Assembly (NCBI GenBank): GCA_963796685.1 | Contig: CAWCMR010000008.1 | Location: 256,001-320,000, forward strand | From: an uncultured delta proteobacterium | GTDB lineage: Bacteria > Myxococcota_A > Polyangia > Fen-1088 | DNA length: 64,000 nucleotides | Direction: 5' to 3' | Shown: positions 1-14,067 of the stretch, piece by piece | Position numbering within the stretch: the first letter of the stretch is position 1 | Layout of the letters: every line of letters starts with the position of its first letter | Translations under genes and position numbers: made by a program | Notes under the pieces: generated by a model | What the model saw: only the letters and a program-made list of their open reading frames with translations | Databases searched by the model: none | What the model was told of the DNA's origin: nothing

Positions 1-496
1 TGTCGATGCCAGTCAGCGCCTGCGTGAGCAGACTGAAGGACGGGTGGTCTGGGGCTACCAGGAGCCTCCGATCGCAGCAGGCACGCGATGGCTGGTTCAC
101 GAGAGTACCGTAATCCCAAGGCGCGTGGCACACCTCCCCGGAGCAGCCAGCGAGGACCGGCGCGATGTCTCGACTGTAGGAGACCGATGCGGCATTCGGG
201 TCGCACATGGGGTCGATTCCGGACGGGCTTGCATCAGGAGGTGGGGTATTCACGCAGAGAGAGGCGTCGCTCGAAGGCAGAACGATCACGACGGTGTCCG
301 CATCAGGCTTTCGGCCTGAAGCTCCACTACACGCCGTGGGAAGAAAGCACAAGCACAATAGCGACGACGCAATCTCGTACCTCTGCGGCCGGATATTTCT
401 CATATGAGTAAGACGTTCTTTGCACTGCAGTAGTCGCAAGGTATTACGGATTGCTCCGGTCGACGCGAGGTATGGGTGGCTCGCCCTCGATAGGGA

Positions 497-3400
497 CTAC
501 GAAGCGAGGGTGGAGGCACCCGGCGCGTGCTTGCGATGTGCGAGCAAGATGAGAGCCGGCTGCAGCAGGCGCGGCAGGACCGCGAGGGCCAGCGCGCCGC
601 CGATCACGACGATGGCGAGCGGCTTCTGCGTTTCCGAGCCGATCCCGTGCGAGACGGCTGCGGGCAGCAGCCCGAGCATGGCGACGAAGGTCGCCATCAG
701 GACCGGCCGCAGCCAGCGCTCGGCCGCCAGCCGGGCGCTCTGCTCGGCGCTGTGACCTTCTTCCCGTAGCCTGCGGGCATAGGTGACCACGAGAAGTGCG
801 TCCTGCACCGCCACGCCCAGAATGGAGATGAATCCCATGGCCGCCGAGATCGAGAAATCGGTTCCGGTCAGATAGAGCGCCACGACGCCGCCGCTCGACG
901 CGACCGGCACGCCGAGCAACACGATGAGCGTGTCGCGGCCGTTCTTGGCCGAGCCGAACACGAGAAAGGCGATGACCAACAGAGTGATGGGGACGATGAC
1001 CAGGAGACGCTGCGTGGTCTTGTGCATCTGGTTCATCTCGCCGTCCCATTCGAGGTGCGTGTCGTAGGGGAGTTGTTTCACGATGGGCGCCACGCGCGAC
1101 TGCGCTTCGGCGATGGTCGACCCGAGATCGCGCCCGCGCACCGAAAATTTCACGGGCACGTAGCGCTTCAGATCTTCGCGGAAGATCACCGATGGCCCTT
1201 CTTCTTCGACGACCTCCGCGATTTGACCGAGAGGCACCTGCGCTCCGTCGGGCGTGGACACCAGGATATTGCGGATGGAGCTGCACATCGCGCCGGTACC
1301 GCTCCGCCCAGCGCAGGATCAGATCGAAGTGCTTCTCGCCCTCGAAGACCTGCGTGATGACCTGCCCGCCGATCGCCGCCTGCACCACGGCGGCCACGTC
1401 GCCGGTGTTGAGCCCGTAGCGTCCGATCTGGGTGCGGTAGGGCGTGATGCGTATGGCAGGCTGGCCGAGGGAGCGGAAGATGCCCAGATCCTCCACGCCT
1501 TGAACCTTCTTGAGCGCCTCGACGATGTCCTCGGCCTTGGACTCGTCCACGTGCAGGTCTGGTCCTACGACCTTCACCGTGTTCTCGCCCTTGACGCCCG
1601 ACATGGCCTCTTCGACATTGTCGGAAATGGCTTGCGAAAAGCTGAACACCACGCCCGGGAAGGCATCGGTCAGCTCCTTCTGCATCTCGTCGGTCATCGA
1701 GGCCTTGGTGATCCCCTTGCGCCACTCGTTGGCCGGTCGCAGAGGCGCGAGCAACTCGATGTTGTAGAATCCCGAGACGTCGGTCCCGTCATCCGGACGC
1801 CCAAGCTGCGAGATCACGGTCTGGATCTCGGGACGTCGCTGCTTGGCAGGGGTGCAGGTGGCATTCTCTTCGGTCGGACAGCCACGCACGATGGCCCGCA
1901 TGCGCCCCACCAGGCTCCCGGCCTTTTCCAGCGAGATGGACATGGGCAAGGTGGCGCGAATCCAGAAATTCCCCTCCTCGAGCTTGGGCATGAATTCTCG
2001 GCCTAGAAAAGCCGAGGCCACCAGCGCCAGGACCACTGGGGCCACACCGACGAACACCGCCAGCTTGGGACGACGCAGAGAGAACGAAAACAAGGGCGCG
2101 TACAGCCTGCTGACGAAGCGCATGGGCAGGCTTTCCTTCTCGTGGTCGCTCGAACCGACCGGAAGCATGCGCGACGCCAGCATGGGAGTGAGGGTGAGCG
2201 AGAGCAGAATGGAGCCGCCAATGGCGAAGGCATAGGTCTGCGCCATCGGCGACATGATGACGCCCGCCACGCCGGTCAACGTGAACAGGGGAATGAAGGC
2301 CACCGCGATGATGAGCGCCGACGAGAACATGGGTGGTCCGACCTCGCGCGCCGCTGCGACGATGCGCTCGAACGCGGTGCCGCCTTTGCGCGCGAAGTTG
2401 CGAAAGATGGTCTCCATCATGATCACCGTCGAGTCGACCACGATGCCGAAGTCCACCGCCCCCAGCGAAATGAGGTTCGCGGCGGTTCCGCTCGCCACCA
2501 TGCCGGTGAAGGCGAACATCAGGGCCAGCGGCAGGTTGATGGCGGTGATGAGGGCGGCGCGCGCACTGCCGAGGAACAGCCACAGCACGAGCGAGACCAG
2601 AATCATGCCGATGAGCAGATTCTCCATCACCGTGTGGGTGGTCAATTTCACCAGATCCGCGCGGTCGTAGACGGGGTGGATCTCCATGCCTGGCGGCAAC
2701 ACGCGATTCCGGCGAATGTAATCGACGCGATCGTGAATACCACGAATGGTCGTAAGCGAATCGCCACCGTAGCGCATGAGCACGATACCCTCGACCACAT
2801 CCGCGTCCGTGTCCTGACCCACGATACCCAATCGGGGCGCCGAGCCCACACTCACGTTGGCCACATCGCGCACGCGCACGGGCACGCCCTTGACCGCGCT
2901 GACGGTGATATCGCCGATGTCCTGCACGGAGCGAATCAGTCCGATGCCGCGCACGTCGAACGACTGTTCACCCAAGGTGAGTCGCTGACCGCCCACGTTC
3001 TGGTTGGCGTTGGCGATGGCGGACTGCAGTTGCGCCAGGGCCACGCCATGACCGCGCAGGCGGTAGGGGTCGACCTCGACATGGTACTGCTTGGTCAGAC
3101 CGCCGAAACCAACCACGTCGATCACCCCAGGGACCTGCCGGAACTGCTTCTCCAGAATCCAATCCTGCGCGGTCTTCAGATCGACGAGCGTGTAGCCCTT
3201 GCCCTCGACCTTGTAGCGGAAGAGCTCCCCGATGGCGCTCCAGGGAGACAGCGCGGGCGATACCCCCGGCGGCAACGAGATGAACCCGAGATGGTTGAGC
3301 ACCCGCTGTTTCGCCGTGGCGTAGGTGGTGTCCCAACCGAAGTAGCACTTGACGTCGGCCAGCCCGAACAGCGACTGCGAGCGGACGTGCTCGAGGCCGA

Positions 3401-3629
3401 CCATGCCGACGAGACCGGTCTCGAGGGGCACCGAGACGTAGCGCTCGACTTCCTCCGCGCTCCAACCCTGCGGCTGCGCGATGATCTCGATCATGGGTGC
3501 CACCGGATTGGGGTAGGCCTCGATGTCGAGCTGCAGGTACGAACGCAGTCCGACGCCAATCAGCGCCAAGGCCAGCACAGCCACGATCAGTGGCGCGCGC
3601 ACGGCGGCAGCGACCAACCTCGCGATCAT
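497..3629 (-). CDS. CusA/CzcA-family heavy-metal RND efflux permease (one +1 frameshift near 1285)
   Basis: ORF 444..3629 has HME-RND motifs (SAEEVERYVSVPLE, SLGAVDFGIVVD). The C-terminus continues in ORF 497..1288 (RPVLMATFVAMLGLLP, GSETQKPLAIVVIGG). Confidence 0.92.
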
Positions 3630-3631
3630 GG

Positions 3632-4765
3632 CTAGAACATTCCAGACAGCAAAATGGCGCCCTGGGTGACCACCTTCTCCCCCGCTGCGATACCACGAAT
3701 GACGGGTAGGTAGTCGCCGCCCAATTCCTCGTTGACCGCCACCGGCCGCCGTTCGAAGCGGATGCGACCGTCGGGCGCCTTGCCTATCTCGACGAAGGCC
3801 ATGGTCTGATCGCCCAAGTGAAGGATCGCCGAGCGCGGAAGCGCCAGGGCACGCTGCCGATCGACGGCGAGAGCGGCCGTGGCGTACATCTCGGGCTTGA
3901 GGCTGCGATCGGCGTTATCCAGCTTGCAACGAACCTTGGCCGTTCGCGTGGCGGGATCGAGCGTGTCGGAAACCCAATCCGCCACGCCCTTGAAGACGCG
4001 CCCTGGATAGGCGACGACCTTGACCAGACACTCGGTGCCCTGCTTGACCCGACCGAGATCCATCTCGAAGAGGTCGGCCATGACCCACACGGTGTCAAGC
4101 TCGCCGATGGTGAAGAGCTCGAGAACGGTTCCTCCCGAGTACTGCCCCTGCACCTCCGCGCCCGGGTTCACGTTACGGGCAATGACCTCGCCGCCGATGG
4201 GGGCACGCAAGACATAGTTCTGGCTGCCCGCGTTGGCCCCGCCGGCGCGCAGGAGTTGCGCCTTCTTCTTCGCTCGCTGCAGCTCGGCCTTCGCCTTCGC
4301 GAAGTTGCCCTGAGCCGCCTCCAGGTCGCGCTGCGACCCCGCATGCACGTCGAACAGCTCTTTTTGTCGATTGAAGTCCTTCTCGGCGGAGATGAAATCC
4401 GCCTGCGCCTTTTCCAGATCGGAGAACGCGCTGCCCACGTCCGGCGATTCGATCACCGCCAAGGTATCGCCTTGCTTCACCCGCTGACCGGGTTGCGCCT
4501 CGATGCGACTGACCCGCCCCGTGACCGGGCTCATGACGTGCGCGACTTTCAGGTCGTCGAAGGTGACGCGCCCGCTGGTCACGACCAGCCCGCCAACCGG
4601 CTGAGGCACCAAAGGCTCGACGACCAGCTTGGCAGCGGCCACCTGGTCCTGCCACAGCCAGACTTCGCTCATCGGTGGATCCGCGGAATGCGGTTGTTGC
4701 GCGTGTCGCTCGCACCCTGGCGCGGCCCACAGCAGCGCGGAGAGAGTCAGAAGCCGTCCATTCAT
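3632..4765 (-). CDS. RND efflux periplasmic adaptor (membrane fusion protein), CzcB/CusB-like
   Basis: Lipoyl/hairpin motifs SPVTGRV..GQRVKQGD, LRAPIGG, LDPATRT, LKPEMY. Lies between TolC and RND genes. Confidence 0.92.
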   Translation of the reverse strand: MNGRLLTLSALLWAAPGCERHAQQPHSADPPMSEVWLWQDQVAAAKLVVEPLVPQPVGGLVVTSGRVTFDDLKVAHVMSPVTGRVSRIEAQPGQRVKQGDTLAVIESPDVGSAFSDLEKAQADFISAEKDFNRQKELFDVHAGSQRDLEAAQGNFAKAKAELQRAKKKAQLLRAGGANAGSQNYVLRAPIGGEVIARNVNPGAEVQGQYSGGTVLELFTIGELDTVWVMADLFEMDLGRVKQGTECLVKVVAYPGRVFKGVADWVSDTLDPATRTAKVRCKLDNADRSLKPEMYATAALAVDRQRALALPRSAILHLGDQTMAFVEIGKAPDGRIRFERRPVAVNEELGGDYLPVIRGIAAGEKVVTQGAILLSGMF

Positions 4766-6121
4766 GGGCCCATCTCCAATCCTATCGCTTGGCCAATGAG
4801 CACCACGGCCAGCCAGTAGTCGGACAAGTCGCCTTCATAGTCCAATTTGGTGGAGATCAGGATACGCTGCGCGTCCAGGTATTCGAGGAGCGACGCCGCG
4901 CCTTTCTGGTACTGAATTTGCACGAGATCGCGCGTTCGATTGGCGTGGTCGAGCAGCTCGCGCTCGGCCCGCTCGACGCGGCTACGCGCGGATTTGAATT
5001 GGGTGAACGCGGTGAGCACGTCGCTTTGCACCTGGGCTTCGGTCTTGGACAGCTGAGCCTTCTGCGCGGTCAGATCGGCCCGCGCCTTGACGATCTCGCC
5101 CTCGAAACGGTTGAAGAGGGGCGGGGTCAGGGTCAGGCCAAAGCTGAAGGTCGGCGGATTGATGGCGCTCGAATAGCTGCCTTGCCCGCTCACCCCTGCC
5201 GACAGCTCGACGTCGGGAAAGCGCAAGCGCTGGCTGGAACGCACGGAGGCCTCGGCGCGATCGCGGCTCAATTTTGCGCCGGCCAGGTCGGGCCGCTGCT
5301 TGCGCGCAACCTCCAGCAGGGAATCCACGCTGGCGCCCTGGAGGGCTGGCGGAACACGATAGCCGGGTAGCTCGGTGTCGACTTCGAACACGGGCACGCG
5401 TCCACGCGCGCCCAGCATGAAGGCGAGTTGCGCCTTGGCCACGTCCAAATCCCGTTGCGAGCGCTCGACTTCCTGGTCGGCGGTGAGCTTCTCGGTCTCG
5501 ATCTTCAGCACTTCGACCTCGGAGATGGAACCGTGCTGGTAGCGCGCTCGAATCAGATCGGCCAGATGACCCAGCGTGTCCTGGGCTTCCTTCTGCGTGG
5601 CAAGAGCTTGGCGCGCAGCGACGGTCTGCAGGTAGGCCTGGCGAAGCAGTCCTTCGAGGGTGCGGCGGGCGTCCGCCGCCCCTTGGCGCGCAACTTCGAG
5701 GGCCAGGCTCGCCGTGTTCTTGCGCAACCCGCGCTTGCCGGAGAGCGAGTCGAAGAGAGCGGAGCCGTCCGAGATCCCCACGCTCCAGGCCAGAGACGAA
5801 CAGTCAATTCCTTGAGCATCCGAACAGGCGAACGACCGCCCCACCCCGCCCGAGAGCGAAGGATTGGGCGCGGCACTGGCCAGCAAGGTATCCCCGCGTG
5901 CCCCTTCCACTGCTGCCTCGGCCAGAATGAGGTCAAGCCCGTGCTCACGGAACAGACGCATGGCGTCGTGAAGTCCCAGGTGCGCCGGCACCTCGAAATC
6001 GCCGTCGGGCTCGCGCGCGGCCGCCGAGCCTCAGATCCAGCAGGATCGGAATCGCCACCAACCAATGGTGCTTCGGGAACCAGAGTGACTTCCTCGTCGG
6101 TGAACGGATCGGTGCTCGCAT
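4762..6121 (-). CDS. TolC/CzcC-family outer-membrane efflux protein (probable frameshift near 6007)
   Basis: ORF 4762..5991 has OEP repeats (YQHGSIS, YQKGAASLLEYLDAQR). A signal-peptide-like N-terminus lies in the overlapping frame (5945..6142). Start uncertain. Confidence 0.85.
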
Positions 6122-6375
6122 GCCTGTCCTGGGCTCCTTCAAAGAACCGGCACACTATGGCACTTATTCCCCGCGCTGTGGACACGCGTCCAGTGAAGAA
6201 GCACCCATCGCAACTTGGGCGTGGGGTCCCAAAACCCGACCCAAATCCGATTTCGCCTCCTGGCCCGCTTCAAGTCACGCCCAGGGTATCGACAGCACAA
6301 CAATAATTCTGCATAGTTCTTGCTGCGTGACCAATCTAACCTGTAGCGGGTTATGGCCCGCTGGGAGGTACTTTC

Positions 6376-7504
6376 ATGCGCGCATTGGGCAGTGTCACCG
6401 CTTTTTCCTTGGTTCCTGCGATCCTATTTTGGGGCCTGCTGGCGCCCTCCTGCAGTCCCAGCGCGTCTGGAACCGTGGGTTCTTCCGGTGGGACCACCAC
6501 CACCACGCAGGGCGGCGGCGGGGCCGGCGGCTCACCCCTGTCTCTGAGTCTGACCGCCCCTGACTTTGGAGGGTCGACCGGCAGCGGTGGCACCACGTCT
6601 TCGGTCCCGACTTGGCCGCCAACGGGCTTCGTGAACGTCACCGACGTGACCTATGGCGCCTATGCGACCGACCCGAACCAGCTTTCGTCGACCGGCGGCG
6701 ACACCGGACAGGGCGGCAGCTCGGGGGGCAGCAGCGGCTCCTCCCAGTGCGCCGGATTGTTCGGTGTGGTTCGCGACTTCAAGATGGACGACGGGACCGG
6801 CGGACATCCGGACTTTCAGCTCCCGACGCCGCGCCAGACCGCCGAGACGGGAATCGTGGAAGATACGCTTGGCGATGACGGCAAGCCGGTCTACGCCAAC
6901 CCGCCCCCCGGGGGAACGACGTCCACACAGGCCAATTTCGATCAGTGGTACCGCGACGTGGACGGCGTGAACATTCCCTTCGTGGTCGGCCTGCACTTCG
7001 TGGCGAATCCGAGCGCCGGGACCGACGTCGTCACCTTTGCCGCCTCGCTCGGGAGCGGGACCGGGACCGGAACGGGCCCCGGTCGGAACCGAGATGCGGG
7101 AGCCCCGGCAGCATCTGCCGGCTCGTCGTATTTCCCGGTCGATGGGCTGGGATGGAACGACACCGCTGTCGCCTCCGACGGCAAGGAGCACAACTTCGCC
7201 TTTACCACCGAGATTCACACCACGTTCATCTACAAAGGCGGCGAGAAGTTCACCTTCCAGGGTGACGACGACGTCTGGGTCTTCATCAACAAGAAACTGG
7301 CCATCGATCTCGGCGGAATCCACCAGCAAGCTGCAAGCGACCGTGGATCTCGATGCCCAGGCAACGACGCTCGGAATCAGCACCGGCAATTCCTACGATT
7401 TGGCCGTCTTCAATGCGGAACGACACACAACCCAATCCAACTTCCGCATCGACACGACCCTGGTCTTCACGGACTGCGGGCAAATTCCCATCCAGATTTA
7501 CTAG
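6376..7504 (+). CDS. Fibro-slime domain (PA14-like) exported protein (frameshift near 7328)
   Basis: VRDF..HPDF, FDQWY, HNFAFTTEIHT, FQGDDDVWVFIN..IDLGGIH; continues in another frame with FNAERHT..SNFRIDT. Confidence 0.88.
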
Positions 7505-7908
7505 GTACCCTCCCCTAATCCCAATGCCCTTTCCCGAGGGTGGCTTGCGGTTGTAGGCACTCATCCAGGGCTTGCTCGAGTTGCATGCGACCTCCCGCGT
7601 CCATGCTCAGCCTACCCGTGGCTTTGGCAATTTCTGCTTCTCCGCCCTCGCCATCTTCCTACTGTGCCCCGATGCCCAGCTGGCGCAGGCGTGGCGGGTG
7701 GCTGCGAGGGAGGGGCCCCGTCGTGCGCGGAGGTCGCGTGCCGCCTGTGCTGCAGGCGCACTCCGGGATCGTCGCTTTGTGCAATTTGCGAATTGAATCG
7801 ACCGCAGCACACGACGGGGAGCAAACCCGAGCTGACAGGACCCGTCACGCCGAAGCCGGCGGGTCGCCCAACAGCACTTTCCTAGGCTTATCCGAACGGT
7901 ATTGCCCC

Positions 7909-7964
7909 TAATCCCGCGATAGCCGCAGAAGGTAGTGGCCGTGGCCGTGGCCGTGGCCGTGGCC
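7909..7964 (+). repeat. Dispersed repeat copy 1: TAATCCCGCGATAGCCGCAGAAGG head + (GTGGCC)5
   Basis: Near-identical heads followed by GTGGCC arrays at 11061 and 41600. Confidence 0.8.
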
Positions 7965-8069
7965 GGTTCTAGTTGCCTTTGGCCACGACGGCGAGGACGC
8001 CTACGGCCAGGCCGGAATGACTGCGGCGTTCCAAACCCGCCCCGACGAGACCCCCGAACAGGCAGGCAC

Positions 8070-8108
8070 AAAAAAGGCGCGAAGAGGTTGCCCTCTTGCG
8101 CGCCTTTT
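8070..8108 (-). terminator. Intrinsic terminator downstream of the membrane pyrophosphatase
   Basis: A6-GGCGCGAAGAGG/loop/CCTCTTGCGCGCC-TTTT hairpin about 25 nt past the stop codon. Confidence 0.75.
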
Positions 8109-8132
8109 CTTCTGGCTGAATTCAGCCGGCTA

Positions 8133-10550
<2,418 letters not shown>

Positions 10551-11060
10551 GGGTCTCCTTCTGATTTGGCGCGCAACCTAGACTAGCCAAGCGGCAGACG
10601 TCAAGGATGACCGCGGCACAGTGGGCGGTAGTCGTGAAAGTCTTACAACGCTAAGAGCCAAATGCGGTATCAGTCCAGGAGGAACGTTGAGTCATTGGCA
10701 ATAAGTAGCTGAAATTACGTAATATTGTAAGTCTAGACACCGAGCATTATGAGCCCGCATAAAGGACGGATCGGAAGCCCCCGCGGTGATCCATCGAAGG
10801 GGCTTGCAAGGCCGGCAAGATACCCGACGCGGCAGCAAGCTCGATGCGGCATCAGTCCCTGAAAAGCGTTCCCGGCAACAGGACCTAAAAAGGATCTAAT
10901 GATCCAATGGATCCCAGGCCCGGCTAGGGACTGCGATTGGGAAACCACAATCCAGCAGCGACAGTGCTCGGTCCCCACGACAGAGTAGAGGACCAACACC
11001 ATCCCATTTCGCATCTTCCCACCCCCTCGAAGCGGATCGTCGGCGGCGCTGCTGACACCG

Positions 11061-11098
11061 TAATCCCGCGATAGCCACAGAAGGCCGTGGCCGTGGCC
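11061..11098 (+). repeat. Dispersed repeat copy 2 (head + GTGGCC units)
   Basis: TAATCCCGCGATAGCCACAGAAGGCCGTGGCCGTGGCC. Confidence 0.78.
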
Positions 11099-11142
11099 CA
11101 CCCCGCATGGCCAGTTCCAACTTGTGCAGTAGACTGCCGGCC

Positions 11143-14067
11143 ATGCATTCGTCCCCCCTTGTGTTTTCGTTTCTCGCCCTGGGCTTGCCCGTGCTGTTGG
11201 CGCCCGCGGCCGAGGGCGCCGTTCCCGACATCGCATTCGAGCAGTACCGTCTGCCGAACGGGCTCGACGTCATCCTGCACGTCGAGCACCGGGTGCCCAT
11301 CGTGCACGTCGAGGTCTGGTACAAGGTCGGCTCGAAAGACGAGGTCGCGGGAAAGACCGGCTTCGCCCACCTGTTCGAGCACATGATGTTCCAGGGCACC
11401 AAGCACATCCCCGAAGACGCCTACTTCAAGTATCTGTCGCAGGCCGGGGCCTCGGCGCGCAACGGATCCACGACCATGGATCGCACGAACTACTTCGAGA
11501 CCCTGCCCGCCTCGCAACTCGAGCTCGGCCTGTGGCTGGAAAGCTCGCGCATGGGCTTCTTACTCGAACGAGATGGGAACCCTGACAGGGTTCCCATACC
11601 CTCCCGCGACGCTTCGCTGCCGGCCAAGCCGGCAGGCTCCGCACGCGATCGTCCGTCGTTCCAGGAGACCTTTGCCAACCAGCGCGACGTGGTCAAGAAC
11701 GAGCGACGCCAGCGGGTAGAGAACGTCCCGCTGGGCGCGGTCTCGCACCTGGAGCTTGAAACCCTGTTCCCGGCGGGACACCCGTATCGCCACGAGGTGA
11801 TCGGCTCGATGGAGGACTTGGACGCGGCCAGCGTGACCGATCTGAAGGACTTCTACAATCGCTACTATGCGCCGGGCAACGCGGTTCTGCTCATCGCCGG
11901 CGACATCGATACGGCCATCACCAAGGGCCTCATCGAAAAGTACTTCGGCCCCATCGCCGCCGGCCCCCCCATCAAGCGCGTCCCCGTACCGCCAATCCCG
12001 GCGCCGCGGGCCGAGCGCAGGTTGGCCATGGAGGCCAACATCAACTTGCCGCGTGGACAGATGGTGTGGAACACCGTGCCCGTGTTCGCACCTGGCGATG
12101 CCGAGCTCGACCTCGTCGCCAACATTCTCGGCGAGGGCCACAGCTCGCGCCTGTACCGGCGCCTGGTCCACGATCTCAAGATCGCGCAGTCGGTGTCGGT
12201 CCATCACGGCAGCAGGTTGTATGAGGGTGCCTTCGTGATCGACTACAGCGCCATGCGCGGCCATTCGCTGGCCGAGATCGAAAAGGTCATCGACGAGGAG
12301 CTCGACAGGCTGCGCGCGCAGCCGCCCACGAGCGAGGAGATCGAACGCGCCAGGAACCAAATCAAGACCGACCTGCTGAGGAGCATGGAGCCGCTCTCCG
12401 GCCTGGCCACGAGACTTCTGTACTACGCCGTGTTCGCCGGCGATCCCGGATACCTGCGCCGGGATCTCGAACGCTACGACGCCGCGACGCCGGAAACCCT
12501 CGGCACCTGGTTGAGGAAGATCCTGGGCAAGAACGCGCGCGTCGTCGTCACGGTGGCGCCCAACCCCAAAGCGCCCATCATGGGCCGCCTGGTCAAGCCG
12601 TTGTCGTCCCCCGCGACGACGATGGCCGCCGCCATCGACGCAGGAGTGACGGACAAAACGCCATCGGCAAAAATCGCGGCACGCAACTCGCCGGATGCCG
12701 CCTTCCGCGCCACCCTACCCGCGCCAGGGGAAAGGCATCCCTTCCATGTGCCCTCGGTGAAGAGGTTTCGTCTCAAGAATGGCCTGCCCGTCATCCTGGC
12801 CGAGTCGCACAAGCTGCCGCTCGTAAGCGTGGATCTGGTCCTGAAGACGGGTAGCAGCGCCAACCCCAAGGACAAGGCCGGCCTGGCGGCACTGGTGGCG
12901 AGCATGCTCGACGAGGGAACCAAGAAGCGCACGGCGTCCCAGATCGCGAACGAAGTGGCGCAGCTCGGTGCCAGCCTCTACGCGCACACCACCTGGGACG
13001 CGACCGCGGTTTCGCTCTCGGTGCTGGCCGAGAATCTGGAGCGAGCCCTACCCGTCTGGGCCGATGTCCTTCTCGACCCCGCCTTCAACCAGGAAGACCT
13101 CGAACGCGTCGCCGACAACCTGCTTTCCTCGCTGTCCCAGCGCAAGGACTACCCACCCGTGGTCGCCGGCCAAGTCTACGCGCGCGCCCTGTGGGGCGAC
13201 GGCCATCCTTTCGGCTGGCCGGACGCGGGCACCCAAGATTCCATCAAGAAGCTCGGCCCGGCCGACCTGAGGCACTTCTATGACACCTACTACGCGCCCA
13301 ACAACGCCGTGCTGGTGGTGTCCGGCGACATCACGGAAAAGCAGATCCACGCCAAGATCGAGCCGCTGCTGGCCGGCTGGAAAGCCAAGAAGCTCGGAAC
13401 CATCAAACTTCCCCACGTCCTGGCCTCCCCAGAGCCACGCATCGTTCTCGTCGACAAGCCGGGCGCGCCACAATCGTCCATCCGCATCGGCCTGCCCGGC
13501 ATCGAACGCAAGAACCCCGACTACTACCGGGCCCTGGTGACGAACCAGATCCTGGGCGGCACGTTCAAGCGACTGACCATGAACCTGCGCGAAACCAAGG
13601 GCTGGACCTACGGCGTCACCTCGCAGTTCGATGCCCGGCGCGCCCAGGGGCCGTGGACCGTCAGCGGCGAGTTCGTGGCCGCGCACACCGCCGACGCCGT
13701 GGCGGAGATTCTCAAGGAGATCGAGCGGCTGCGCACGGATGACGTCACCGACAAGGAGCTGGCCGAAACCAAGGACGAGATCGTCGGTGCCTTTCCGGCG
13801 CGCTTCGCCACCGCGGGCCAGCTTGCCTCGCAGATGGCCGCGCTGGCGGTCTACGCTTTGCCGCCCACCGAGCTCGATGGCTTGGCGGCCAAGATTGCGG
13901 CGGTGAACAAGGACCAGGTGCGCCAGACGGCGCGCAAGTACTTCCGCCCCGACAACCTTCTCATCGTCGTGGTCGGCGATCGCACCGGCAACGAGGCCGC
14001 CTTGCGCAGGATCGCCGTGGTCGAACACCGCGATCTCGACGGCAACCTCATCGAGACCAACAAGTGA
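11143..14067 (+). CDS. M16 (pitrilysin/insulinase) zinc metallopeptidase, exported, two-module
   Basis: Inverted zinc motif FAHLFEHMMF, LPNGL/LKNGL module starts, LRETKGWTYG; N-terminal signal peptide. Confidence 0.93.
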   Translation: MHSSPLVFSFLALGLPVLLAPAAEGAVPDIAFEQYRLPNGLDVILHVEHRVPIVHVEVWYKVGSKDEVAGKTGFAHLFEHMMFQGTKHIPEDAYFKYLSQAGASARNGSTTMDRTNYFETLPASQLELGLWLESSRMGFLLERDGNPDRVPIPSRDASLPAKPAGSARDRPSFQETFANQRDVVKNERRQRVENVPLGAVSHLELETLFPAGHPYRHEVIGSMEDLDAASVTDLKDFYNRYYAPGNAVLLIAGDIDTAITKGLIEKYFGPIAAGPPIKRVPVPPIPAPRAERRLAMEANINLPRGQMVWNTVPVFAPGDAELDLVANILGEGHSSRLYRRLVHDLKIAQSVSVHHGSRLYEGAFVIDYSAMRGHSLAEIEKVIDEELDRLRAQPPTSEEIERARNQIKTDLLRSMEPLSGLATRLLYYAVFAGDPGYLRRDLERYDAATPETLGTWLRKILGKNARVVVTVAPNPKAPIMGRLVKPLSSPATTMAAAIDAGVTDKTPSAKIAARNSPDAAFRATLPAPGERHPFHVPSVKRFRLKNGLPVILAESHKLPLVSVDLVLKTGSSANPKDKAGLAALVASMLDEGTKKRTASQIANEVAQLGASLYAHTTWDATAVSLSVLAENLERALPVWADVLLDPAFNQEDLERVADNLLSSLSQRKDYPPVVAGQVYARALWGDGHPFGWPDAGTQDSIKKLGPADLRHFYDTYYAPNNAVLVVSGDITEKQIHAKIEPLLAGWKAKKLGTIKLPHVLASPEPRIVLVDKPGAPQSSIRIGLPGIERKNPDYYRALVTNQILGGTFKRLTMNLRETKGWTYGVTSQFDARRAQGPWTVSGEFVAAHTADAVAEILKEIERLRTDDVTDKELAETKDEIVGAFPARFATAGQLASQMAALAVYALPPTELDGLAAKIAAVNKDQVRQTARKYFRPDNLLIVVVGDRTGNEAALRRIAVVEHRDLDGNLIETNK
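11571..11648 (+). repeat. Palindromic REP-like element inserted in frame in the M16 peptidase
   Basis: Hairpin ATGGGAACCCT-GAC-AGGGTTCCCAT plus CTGCCGG-CCAAG-CCGGCAG; homologous to copies at 23849-23996. Confidence 0.75.

Noticed and set aside
1-443. Short ORFs at the window start
   Set aside because: No recognisable motifs or consistent reading frame.
7505-7900. Possible gene remnant or ncRNA after the fibro-slime gene
   Set aside because: Overlapping short ORFs with no family motif and no supportable structure.
10560-11060. Lower-GC intergenic stretch as riboswitch or sRNA upstream of hppA
   Set aside because: No recognisable conserved RNA motif; would need an Rfam search.
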